Source: Candidatus Taenariivivens baikalensis
Lineage (GTDB): Bacteria; Omnitrophota; Omnitrophia; Omnitrophales; Aquincolibacteriaceae
DNA: 64,000 bases
Assembly (NCBI GenBank): GCA_009691445.1
Contig: SICL01000002.1
Coordinates: 64,063-128,062, forward strand
Direction: 5' to 3'
Shown one piece after another: positions 10,467-19,387 of this stretch. The translations under genes were made by a program, and so were the position numbers. Each line of letters opens with the position of its first letter. Positions within the stretch are counted from its first letter, which is position 1. The notes under the pieces are model-generated. The model worked only from the letters and a program-made list of their open reading frames with translations, was not told where the DNA came from and made no database searches.

Positions 10467-11183
10467 TCAATGATTGCGGCGGTGGATCCAGCGTATGCGA
10501 AGAAGATCCCAAAACATTTTAATCGGATCACTGAATAATTTAACCCGGCTTTGGGTTTCGTTTCGCCAAAGGACAGGCTCTTCTTGGATCCGATATCCCA
10601 TTTTTTGAGCCAGATAGAGAATTTCCGCATCAAAGGCAAATCCCGGGATTTGCTGGAGAGAAAAAAGGGCGCGAGCCGCTGATTGTGTGAAACATTTAAA
10701 TCCACATTGTGAATCACGGATGTTCTTAAAGGTAAGACATTGAGCCGACAGATTAAACACTCGTCCCATAAGTTCTCGCAGGGCATTCTGGTGAACTTCA
10801 ACTTTAGAAGAAGCTAGAGACCGGGAACCAATCACGATATCGTATCCCTTGTCGAAATAGGGAATAAAACGAAGGATTTCTTCGAGAGGTGTGGAAAGAT
10901 CCGCATCACTAAAAAGGACATAACGTCCTTGGGCAGCGAGCATACCGCGTTTAACCGCGTTCCCCTTTCCTTGATTAACCGGTTCTGAAAGAACTCGATA
11001 GGATTCGTTTTTTAAAATCTCCGACACAACGGCCATAGAATGATCTGTACTTCCGTCATTGGAGAGAATCAATTCAGTCACGAAGGGCTGTTGGCGGATA
11101 AATGCGAGAATCAAAGGCAGGGACAATCGGAGACGATTTTCCTCGTTATAGAATGGAACAATAATCGAAAGATGAATTTCCAT
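10467..11183 (-). CDS. Polyprenyl-phosphate beta-glucosyltransferase-like GT2
   Basis: PFYNEENRL, DGSTD, NQGKG.AV..GM, DADLSTP, DSQCGFK, FAFD.E. Confidence 0.88.
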   Translation of the reverse strand: MEIHLSIIVPFYNEENRLRLSLPLILAFIRQQPFVTELILSNDGSTDHSMAVVSEILKNESYRVLSEPVNQGKGNAVKRGMLAAQGRYVLFSDADLSTPLEEILRFIPYFDKGYDIVIGSRSLASSKVEVHQNALRELMGRVFNLSAQCLTFKNIRDSQCGFKCFTQSAARALFSLQQIPGFAFDAEILYLAQKMGYRIQEEPVLWRNETQSRVKLFSDPIKMFWDLLRIRWIHRRNH

Positions 11184-11185
11184 GA

Positions 11186-12163
11186 TTAACGCATGGATTC
11201 CTGCAGCGCTTGAAGATCATGTTCAACCATCATTTTGACAAGTTCACGAAAATGGATATTGGGTTTCCATTTTAGTTGTTTAAACGCCTTATCGTAATTT
11301 CCACACAAAAGATGGACTTCTGCTGGGCGGTAAAGTTTCGGATCAATGCCGACATACTTTTTCCAATCCAAACCCACGTGTTGAAAAGCAAGTTCGGTAA
11401 ATTCCCGAACCGTGTGGGTTTCTCCGGTAGCGATAATAAAATCTTCAGGCTTTGGCTGTTGGAGCATCCGCCACATCGCATCGACGTAGTCTCCGGCAAA
11501 CCCCCAGTCGCGTTTGGCGTCTAGGTTTCCTAATTTAAGTGTTTTAGCCAGCCCTAATTTAATTTTTGCCACGCCGTATGAAATTTTCCGGGTTACAAAC
11601 TCTTTCCCCCGACGGGGCGATTCATGATTGAAAAGTATCCCGGAGACGGCAAAGATGTTATAGCTTTCCCGATAATTAATCGTGATCCAGTGGCCATAAA
11701 GCTTTGCAACTCCGTAAGGGCTGCGAGGATGAAATGGCGTTGTTAATTTTTGAGGAGATTCCGAGGACATCCCAAACATCTCACTGGAGGAAGCCTGATA
11801 AAAGCGTATGGTACGGTCCACGAGCTTGATCGCTTCCAGCATCCGGGTAACGCCCAGGGCAGTAAATTCTCCGGTCAGGAGGGGCTGTTCAAACGAGGTG
11901 GGTACATAGGATTGAGAAGCCAGATTATAGACTTCGCGCGGCCGAATTCGCTTAAGAATATGAATCATGGAAAGTTGATCGAGTAAATCAGCCTCAACCA
12001 GTTCGATCCTGTCTTTTATGTGCTCAATCCGTTCAAAATTTTCCGTGCTGGAGCGGCGAACCATCCCATAAACGCGATAGCCTTTTCCCAGCAAAAATTC
12101 AGCAAGATAAGAACCGTCCTGCCCTGTAATTCCCGTAATCAATACGTTTTTATTTTTTTTCAT
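11186..12163 (-). CDS. gmd: GDP-mannose 4,6-dehydratase
   Basis: LITGITGQDGSYLAE, QASSSE, PRSPYGVAK, FNHESPRRG, RDWG. Confidence 0.96.
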   Translation of the reverse strand: MKKNKNVLITGITGQDGSYLAEFLLGKGYRVYGMVRRSSTENFERIEHIKDRIELVEADLLDQLSMIHILKRIRPREVYNLASQSYVPTSFEQPLLTGEFTALGVTRMLEAIKLVDRTIRFYQASSSEMFGMSSESPQKLTTPFHPRSPYGVAKLYGHWITINYRESYNIFAVSGILFNHESPRRGKEFVTRKISYGVAKIKLGLAKTLKLGNLDAKRDWGFAGDYVDAMWRMLQQPKPEDFIIATGETHTVREFTELAFQHVGLDWKKYVGIDPKLYRPAEVHLLCGNYDKAFKQLKWKPNIHFRELVKMMVEHDLQALQESMR

Positions 12164-12172
12164 GGATTCCAA

Positions 12173-13135
12173 TTACACTTCTGGTTGATGACTAAGATAA
12201 TAGGATTTGAAAAAATCAATGGTTTTCAAAAGGCCCTCTTCCAAACTTATTTTTGGAGTCCATCCCAATTTAGTCTTAATCTTCGTGATGTCAGGCTGAC
12301 GGACTTTGGGGTCATCGACGGGCAAGGGTTGGAAAGTGATTTTGCTTTTACTTTTTGTTAATTCGATAATCTTTTTTGCAAGCCCGATAATAGTCATCTC
12401 ATTTGGATTCCCAACATTCACCGGCTCATTTAACGTTGAAAAAATAATTTTTTCAATCCCCGCCACAAGATCGCTGACAAAACAAAAACTCCGGGTCTGC
12501 TGGCCGTTTCCAAACACAGGAATATCTTTGTTCTGAAGAGCAGACATAATGAACTCAGGGATAGCACGTCCGTCACGCTGGCGCATCCTTGGGCCATAGG
12601 TATTAAAGATCCGGATAATTTTAACATCCATTCGGTGCGAGTGATGATACGCCATACTAATCGCCTCGGCAAACCTCTTTGCTTCATCATAAACTCCGCG
12701 GGGTCCTACAGGATTTACATTTCCCCAATAATCCTCGCTTTGCGGATGAACCAGAGGGTCACCATAAACTTCCGAGGTCGAGGCAAGCATGAAGGTCGCG
12801 TTTTTCGCTTTAGCAAGCCCCAGTGAGTTATGGGTTCCAAGAGCCCCGACTTTCAACGTCGGAATCGGAAACATGGCGTAGTCAATCGGGCTTGCGGGCG
12901 AAGCAAAATGAAGCACATACTGAACTTCACCAGGAATCTCAAGATGTTTGCTGATATCGTGCAAAACAAGTTCAAAATGCGGATTGGATTTTAAATGCTG
13001 GATATTTGCTTGATTGCCCGTAATAAAATTATCAACGGCAATGACCTTGAAATTTTTTTCCAGGAAGCGCTCGCATAAATGTGAGCCTAGAAAACCAGCG
13101 CCACCTGTAATAATGACTGTTTTGGGGGCGCTCAT
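12173..13135 (-). CDS. UDP-glucuronate decarboxylase (UDP-xylose synthase)
   Basis: [42 protein letters not shown]. Confidence 0.9.
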   Translation of the reverse strand: MSAPKTVIITGGAGFLGSHLCERFLEKNFKVIAVDNFITGNQANIQHLKSNPHFELVLHDISKHLEIPGEVQYVLHFASPASPIDYAMFPIPTLKVGALGTHNSLGLAKAKNATFMLASTSEVYGDPLVHPQSEDYWGNVNPVGPRGVYDEAKRFAEAISMAYHHSHRMDVKIIRIFNTYGPRMRQRDGRAIPEFIMSALQNKDIPVFGNGQQTRSFCFVSDLVAGIEKIIFSTLNEPVNVGNPNEMTIIGLAKKIIELTKSKSKITFQPLPVDDPKVRQPDITKIKTKLGWTPKISLEEGLLKTIDFFKSYYLSHQPEV

Positions 13136-14089
13136 CTATTTCTTCCGCGTTTCAAGAAACCAGGCCACGGTCTGTTTGAGACCTTCATAAAACCGGGTTT
13201 GGACCCGGTAACCAAGTATTTTTTTTGCTTTTTCAATGGAAGGAAATGTACGCCTTACATCCCCCGCCCGTTTCGGATGAAAAACGGGCTTAAGATTGTG
13301 AATTCCCATAATGTCCTGGAGTCCACGAAAAATATCGAGCACCGATTGTTCATCGTGGCAGGCAATGTTAAAAACTTCGCCGGAAGCGCGTGGCGATTTC
13401 ATAGCCACGAGATTCCCCTCAACGACATTATCCACATAGGAAAAATCTCGGGATTGTTTCCCATCCCATTGGATTTCAGGGCGTTTCCCTTTCTGCAAAC
13501 AATCAATAAAAATTGGAATGACCGCTGAATACTTGGACTCAGGATTTTGCCGCGGTCCAAAGACATTAAAATACCGTAGACTCACTGTACTTAACCCATA
13601 AAGATGGGTGAATTGCCTGCAATAATACTCCCCCATAATTTTGGAAGCAGCGTAGGGGGATTCGGGTTGAGGAAGATCGGTTTCCACGCTGGGGAATTTC
13701 TGGGTATTTCCATAAACCGAGGAGGAAGAGGAAAAAATGAAGCGTTTAACTTTGGCATTTCGGGCCGCACATAAAAGTTTTAATGTGCCCGTAACATTCA
13801 CATCATTGGTCTCCATTGGATTATCTACGGACCGGAGAACCGCGCGGTTCGCTCCGAGGTGAAAGACATAATCGGCATGACGCACGGCCTTCGCAACATC
13901 TTTCTCATTCCGCAAATCACCTTTGAGGAAATCAATATCCCCCTTTAATGCGTGGACGTTCTCGATAAAGCCTGTCGAGAGATTATCGAAAATTCTCACG
14001 GCATACTTTTTTTGGGTCAACGCTTCCGCAACATGAGATCCAATAAAACCCGCTCCGCCGGTCACAACGCATAAAGATTTTTTCGCCAT
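13136..14089 (-). CDS. NAD-dependent nucleotide-sugar 4-epimerase (WbpP-like)
   Basis: TGGAGFIGSH, SSSSVYG, SPYAASK, LRYFNVFGPRQNP. Confidence 0.88.
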   Translation of the reverse strand: MAKKSLCVVTGGAGFIGSHVAEALTQKKYAVRIFDNLSTGFIENVHALKGDIDFLKGDLRNEKDVAKAVRHADYVFHLGANRAVLRSVDNPMETNDVNVTGTLKLLCAARNAKVKRFIFSSSSSVYGNTQKFPSVETDLPQPESPYAASKIMGEYYCRQFTHLYGLSTVSLRYFNVFGPRQNPESKYSAVIPIFIDCLQKGKRPEIQWDGKQSRDFSYVDNVVEGNLVAMKSPRASGEVFNIACHDEQSVLDIFRGLQDIMGIHNLKPVFHPKRAGDVRRTFPSIEKAKKILGYRVQTRFYEGLKQTVAWFLETRKK

Positions 14090-15403
14090 TTATAGCCTCA
14101 TAATATGGGGTTCTTTGAAATGCTTAAGTGCATTACGGGTATCGTAAATGAGATGAGCGTGTTTGACGATGGAACGATAAGCAAAGCACGTGTGATCGGT
14201 CGTGAGAATGACAAGGTCCTGCTCCTTGAGGATTTTAGGACTCAATGGGGACGATTTCAAGGAAAGGGAATCATTCTGAATTTGCGGAACATAAGGATCA
14301 TGATAGGCGATCTTGGCGCCTAAGCCTTGGAGTGCTTGCAGGATATCAAGCGCTGGTGATTCCCGAATATCTGAGACATCCTTTTTATAACTGACACCCA
14401 GCAGCATCACCTTGGAACGACTGATCGCCTTATGCGCATACTGATTCAACGTATAAACAGCTTGGGAGACCACATGATGCGGCATTTCAGAATTCAGACG
14501 TCGGGCCAGTTCAATGAAATGAAGATCAAAACCGCTGATTTTTGCTTTCCAAGAAAGATAAATAGGATCCACCCCGATACAATGTCCGCCAATGCCTGGC
14601 CCCGGATAAAAAGGCATAAACCCAAAGGGTTTTGTTTTGGCAGCCTCAATGACTTCCCAGATATTGACCTTCAGGCTGGAAGCCGCCCGCGCCAGCTCAT
14701 TAATCAGGCCAATATTCACAATTCGAAACGTATTTTCCAGCAGCTTGGACATTTCTGCGGTGCGGCAGGAACTGACTTTCAAAACACTGGTCGTGATTTT
14801 TTCATAGAGGGATGCTGCCAATTTTGCGCACTGAGGAGTGACACCCCCTACTACTTTGGGGATGTTCTGAGTATGAAAGTTTGGATTCCCCGGATCAATC
14901 CGCTCGGGTGAAAAGCAAAGAAAAAAATCATGCCCGACTTTCAAGCGGGATTTTTCGAGTGTGGGGAGGATGACTTCTTCAGTGGTTCCCGGATAGGTTG
15001 TACTTTCAAGAATGATAAGCTGGCCGGGGTGTAAATGCTGAAGAATGGCCTCTGTCGCTGAAACAATAAATGAGATATCCGGGTCTTTCGCACGGTTTAA
15101 CGGTGTGGGGACGCAGACAATCACCACGTCACTGTCACGCAGAGGTTCGTAGGAACAACTCGCAAAAAGGCGTTTTTGTTTCACTAGTTTTGTCAGAGAG
15201 GCTGAAGAAATATCCTCAATGTAAGAGACCCCCTTTTGTATCATGGAAATCTTTCGGGCATCAAGATCGATCCCCGTAACGCGGAAACCATGGCTTGCGA
15301 AAGCATTGGCTAGCGGTAAACCGACATAACCCTGGCCAATAATCGCAATCCGTGCCTTTTTACTTGATATCTTTTTGGCCAATATTTCTGCAACGCGGCT
15401 CAT
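14090..15403 (-). CDS. UDP-N-acetylhexosamine 6-dehydrogenase (WbpA/WecC family)
   Basis: GQGYVGLPLA, CVPTP, ESTTYPGTT, SPERIDPG, GGHCI; start trimmed to ATG 15403. Confidence 0.9.
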   Translation of the reverse strand: MSRVAEILAKKISSKKARIAIIGQGYVGLPLANAFASHGFRVTGIDLDARKISMIQKGVSYIEDISSASLTKLVKQKRLFASCSYEPLRDSDVVIVCVPTPLNRAKDPDISFIVSATEAILQHLHPGQLIILESTTYPGTTEEVILPTLEKSRLKVGHDFFLCFSPERIDPGNPNFHTQNIPKVVGGVTPQCAKLAASLYEKITTSVLKVSSCRTAEMSKLLENTFRIVNIGLINELARAASSLKVNIWEVIEAAKTKPFGFMPFYPGPGIGGHCIGVDPIYLSWKAKISGFDLHFIELARRLNSEMPHHVVSQAVYTLNQYAHKAISRSKVMLLGVSYKKDVSDIRESPALDILQALQGLGAKIAYHDPYVPQIQNDSLSLKSSPLSPKILKEQDLVILTTDHTCFAYRSIVKHAHLIYDTRNALKHFKEPHIMRL

Positions 15404-16314
15404 GAAAAAAGAACTCCCTTTTTTTTGTGAAATTCCTGCAAATAATTCCGCAGGGCCTTTTCCCAAGGCTGAAGCTCAATCTCCAGCTTTTCTTTGACCT
15501 TCTCCAGATTCAGGATCGAGGCATTCGGCCGCACGGCTGATCGATGGAGATCGTTGCTTGCGATGGGTCGGAGAGAAACATCTGCTTTCCCCGACAACTT
15601 GAGGATCAATTTTGCATATTCAAACCAGGATGTCATATTCTGGTTACCCAAATGAAAGACTTGATTCGAATGGAGTTCAAGTGGATTAGGGCTGCGGAGA
15701 AGCAGTTCACCCATTGTAGAAGCCACATCTTTTGCGTGCGTCGGCCGTCCAAATTGATCGCTGACAATTGATAATTCCTTTTGTTTTGAAGCCAGGGACA
15801 AAACCATTTCAGGAAATGAGTATCCATGAATCCCAAAAAGCCAGGAGACCCTGAAAATGGCGAATCGCTTACAACAACTTTGGATATAATTTTCGGCCAA
15901 AAGCTTGGTTTCTCCATAAAAATTTACGGGTTTCGCGGGATCCCCCTCTTTATAGGACGAAGACTTTTCACCGTCAAACACATAGTCCGTACTAAAAAAA
16001 ACGAGATAACTCTGAAGCTGATTGGCAAGCCGGACAAGACTTTCTGTAACTTGCACATTTTGAAGTAGGGCCTTTTCCCTCTCTGTCTCGCACAGGTCCA
16101 CCTGAGTCATGGCGGCGGTGTGAAAAATCCAGTCCGGTTTTTCTTTAAGAAGGATAGTCGATACGGCGTTTTCATCCGTAAGATCACAAGAGATATAACG
16201 AATGGGAAGTTGACGATCAGACCTTCCTAGGCCAATCGTTTCAACCTGGGAGGAAAAAACATGCGATAGTTCAGTGCCCAGCATTCCTCCGGCACCCGTA
16301 ATAAGAATCTTCAT
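15400..16314 (-). CDS. rfbD: dTDP-4-dehydrorhamnose reductase
   Basis: TGAGGMLG, STDYVFDG, YGETK, DQFGRPT. Confidence 0.92.
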   Translation of the reverse strand: MKILITGAGGMLGTELSHVFSSQVETIGLGRSDRQLPIRYISCDLTDENAVSTILLKEKPDWIFHTAAMTQVDLCETEREKALLQNVQVTESLVRLANQLQSYLVFFSTDYVFDGEKSSSYKEGDPAKPVNFYGETKLLAENYIQSCCKRFAIFRVSWLFGIHGYSFPEMVLSLASKQKELSIVSDQFGRPTHAKDVASTMGELLLRSPNPLELHSNQVFHLGNQNMTSWFEYAKLILKLSGKADVSLRPIASNDLHRSAVRPNASILNLEKVKEKLEIELQPWEKALRNYLQEFHKKKGVLFS

Positions 16315-17292
16315 CTACTTTAAGGTGAACTTATCGCGTTTGAGGGGCTTCCACCACTGGGGATTTGATTGATACCACGTAATGGTTTGCTTTAGTGCTT
16401 CATGGAAATTCCAGCGAGGTTTAAAGCCGAGCTGGTTGAGTTTATCCGTTTTAATGGAATACCTAAAATCATGCCCCGGACGGTCTTGGACATAATCAAT
16501 GCGTTCATCCCCTGCCCCTAAGGCTTTGAGCAGATGCGTGGTGAGCTCGCGGTTTGAGATCTCATTGCCGGCGCTGATATTATAAATCTCTCCGGGTTCC
16601 CCCTTGTCAAAGACGATCTGAATCGCGTCGCAATTATCTTCCACGTAAATCCATTCGCGGCGGTTCTCCCCTTTACCATAAAGAGGCACCTTCTTGCCTT
16701 CCAGAAGATTTGTAATAAAAAGCGGGATGACTTTCTCGGGAAATTGATAGGGTCCAAAATTATTTGAACTGCGGACGATTTTGACGGGATAACCATAAGT
16801 TTTCCAATAAGAACGAGCCAGAAGATCTCCGGAAGCCTTGGCTGCAGAGTAAGGACTGTTCGGAGCCATCGGTGCATCCTCGTCGGCCGAGCCTGTTGCC
16901 AAGGAGCCATAGACTTCATCCGTGGAAATATGAACAAAAGGATCGACGCGGCATGCTCGCGCGTGATCAAGAAGCACTTTGAGCCCCAAAATATTGGTCA
17001 GAAGAAAGCTTTGCGATTCATCAATGGATCGGTCCACATGAGTTTCCGCAGCAAAATTGATAAGGGCATTGGCTTTGGGCATAAGATTTTTGATCCGTGC
17101 GCCGTCACAAATATCACCCTGGATAAATTCATAGCGGGAATTTCCTGAGAAGTCTTTGCAGTTTTCAGGATTGCCCGCATAAGTGAGGAGATCCAGATTG
17201 AGGACTTTCCAGTCGTTGTGGGTCAGAAGAAAGCGCCGTATAAAATTTGAGCCGATAAATCCTGATCCGCCAGTGACAAGAAGCGTTTTCAT
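16315..17292 (-). CDS. rfbB: dTDP-glucose 4,6-dehydratase
   Basis: LTYAGN, AAETHVDRSI, STDEVYG, SPYSAAK, PEKVIP, DRPGHD.RY. Confidence 0.95.
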   Translation of the reverse strand: MKTLLVTGGSGFIGSNFIRRFLLTHNDWKVLNLDLLTYAGNPENCKDFSGNSRYEFIQGDICDGARIKNLMPKANALINFAAETHVDRSIDESQSFLLTNILGLKVLLDHARACRVDPFVHISTDEVYGSLATGSADEDAPMAPNSPYSAAKASGDLLARSYWKTYGYPVKIVRSSNNFGPYQFPEKVIPLFITNLLEGKKVPLYGKGENRREWIYVEDNCDAIQIVFDKGEPGEIYNISAGNEISNRELTTHLLKALGAGDERIDYVQDRPGHDFRYSIKTDKLNQLGFKPRWNFHEALKQTITWYQSNPQWWKPLKRDKFTLK

Positions 17293-18023
17293 TTTTTCTT
17301 CTTTTTCGTTTGGCCTTTAAAGGCCAGGACATTGGCCAGCATCAGGGATTCAAAAGTTCCCGCATCGGTCCAATAACCTTTGAGGATGTCATATTCGAGC
17401 TTGCTCTGCCTGATGTAGATATTATTCACGTCTGAAATTTCAAGTTCCCCGCGCTCCGAAGGCTTGAGCGTTTTGATAATATCAAAAATCTTTGCATCGT
17501 ACATGTAAAGCCCTGCTACGGCGTAGGAACACGCTGGTTTCCGGGGCTTTTCCACAACCCTGATAATTTTTTTATTTTGGAACACCGGAACGCCAAAACG
17601 CTTTGGGTCAGGAACTTTTTTCAGGAAAATCCGGGCGCCCGAAGATTGTTTTTCGAATCGTTCCACATACGGTGTAATATTTTCCTCAAGGATGTTGTCG
17701 CCCAGAACGACCACAATTTTTTCGCCTTCAGAAAAATCTTCTGCCAGAGAAAGAGCTTCGGCAATCCCGCCTTCTCCTTCCTGATAGGTGTAATGGATAT
17801 GTTTAAGCCCGAAGTGTTTCCCATTTCCGAGCAGCTTAAGAAAATCACCCGCAGAATTTCCTCCGGTCACAATCAAGATATCGCGTATTCCGCCCCGAAC
17901 CAAGGTTTCAATCGGATAATAGATCATGGGCTTGTCATAGACCGGCAGGAGATGCTTGTTGGTTACCTTAGTCAAAGGATGGAGCCGGCTGCCCATTCCG
18001 CCGGCAAGAATAACGCCTTTCAT
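17289..18023 (-). CDS. rfbA: Glucose-1-phosphate thymidylyltransferase (short form)
   Basis: GVILAGG.GSRL.PLT...NKHLLPVYDKPMI, SERGELEI, WTDAGT. Confidence 0.9.
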   Translation of the reverse strand: MKGVILAGGMGSRLHPLTKVTNKHLLPVYDKPMIYYPIETLVRGGIRDILIVTGGNSAGDFLKLLGNGKHFGLKHIHYTYQEGEGGIAEALSLAEDFSEGEKIVVVLGDNILEENITPYVERFEKQSSGARIFLKKVPDPKRFGVPVFQNKKIIRVVEKPRKPACSYAVAGLYMYDAKIFDIIKTLKPSERGELEISDVNNIYIRQSKLEYDILKGYWTDAGTFESLMLANVLAFKGQTKKKKK

Positions 18024-19345
18024 CGTGAACTCCTTTTAGACCGAGGTTCTTGAGCTTTACGGCCTATGCTATGGTATTGGAAGCCTAAACGCTGCATCGC
18101 CTCAGGTTCAAACATGTTTCGTCCGTCAAAAATAATCGACTGTTTTAAAAGTTTTTTTATTTTCTTAAAATCCAGCGATTTGAATTCATCCCACTCAGTA
18201 ACAATAATGAGGGCATCTGCTCCTTTAACAGCCTCATAAGGATTTTTAGCAAAGAAAACGCCGTGAAGGACTTTCCTCGCATTGGCCATGGCCTGAGGAT
18301 CATAAACTCGTACATGCGCTCCTTGTTTTTGAAGCACGTCGATGATCTCCAGCGACGGAGCATAACGGATGTCGTCAGTATTGGGTTTGAAGGCGATTCC
18401 AAGAACGGCGAGCGTCTTATCCTTTAAATTCCAGAGATGGTGTTCGATTTTTTCAATGAAATAGTATTTTTGAGCAGAATTAATTTTCAGGGATTCCTTG
18501 AGAAGCTCAAAAGGCGCTCCCAATTTTTCGGACATATGAAGAAAAGCCGACAGATCCTTCGGGAAACAGAAACCTCCGAATCCAATGCCCGCCTTAAGAA
18601 AGCTGGGACCGATCCGCGGATCCATCCCCATCCCCAGAGCCACTTTTTCAATATCGGCGCCCACGACATCACAAATACGGGCGACGGCATTAATAAAGGA
18701 AATTTTTGTCGCCAGAAATGAATTAGAGGCGTGCTTGATGATCTCAGCACTTTTGAGATCGGTTACTACAATTTTTGAACTAAACGGCTTGTAAAGAGCC
18801 CGAAGGATTTTTTCAGCCCGCGGGCTTTCCACTCCCAAAATAACGCGGTCCGGTTTCAGAAAGTCTTTGACCGCGGAGCCTTCCCTAAGAAATTCAGGAT
18901 TCGAGGCAACGTCGAAAAGAGAAAGATTCGGTTGAATTGACTGAATGGTTTTCAAAATCCACTCCCCCGTTTGTACGGGAACCGTACTTTTTTCTACGAT
19001 CAAGCGGTATTCCTTAAGGTTCTTGGCGATCTCTCGGGATACTGTTTCAATAAAAGAAAGATCCGCTTCGCCATTTTCCTTGGGGGGAGTATTCACGCAA
19101 ATAAAAAGTATTTCGGATTTCTGAACGGCCTGAACAATGTTTGAGCTAAAGGAAAGTTTTCCTTCTTTGACGCATTTGTGAATCATCGATTCCAAGCCGG
19201 GTTCGTAAATGGGCGTTTTCCCTTGTCGTAGCAGTTTTATCTTTTCAAGATTATTATCAATGCACAGAACTTGATGTCCCAAATGAGCAAAGCAAGCACC
19301 GGTCACAAGCCCGACATACCCTGACCCGATGACCGCTATTTTCAT
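18020..19345 (-). CDS. ugd: UDP-glucose 6-dehydrogenase
   Basis: GSGYVGL, KSTVP, NPEFLREG, GFGGFCFPKD, FKPNTDD.R. Confidence 0.93.
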   Translation of the reverse strand: MKIAVIGSGYVGLVTGACFAHLGHQVLCIDNNLEKIKLLRQGKTPIYEPGLESMIHKCVKEGKLSFSSNIVQAVQKSEILFICVNTPPKENGEADLSFIETVSREIAKNLKEYRLIVEKSTVPVQTGEWILKTIQSIQPNLSLFDVASNPEFLREGSAVKDFLKPDRVILGVESPRAEKILRALYKPFSSKIVVTDLKSAEIIKHASNSFLATKISFINAVARICDVVGADIEKVALGMGMDPRIGPSFLKAGIGFGGFCFPKDLSAFLHMSEKLGAPFELLKESLKINSAQKYYFIEKIEHHLWNLKDKTLAVLGIAFKPNTDDIRYAPSLEIIDVLQKQGAHVRVYDPQAMANARKVLHGVFFAKNPYEAVKGADALIIVTEWDEFKSLDFKKIKKLLKQSIIFDGRNMFEPEAMQRLGFQYHSIGRKAQEPRSKRSSR

Positions 19346-19387
19346 ATAAGATGCATCCTAGATAACGTGGTAAGAGGAAAAGAAGGT

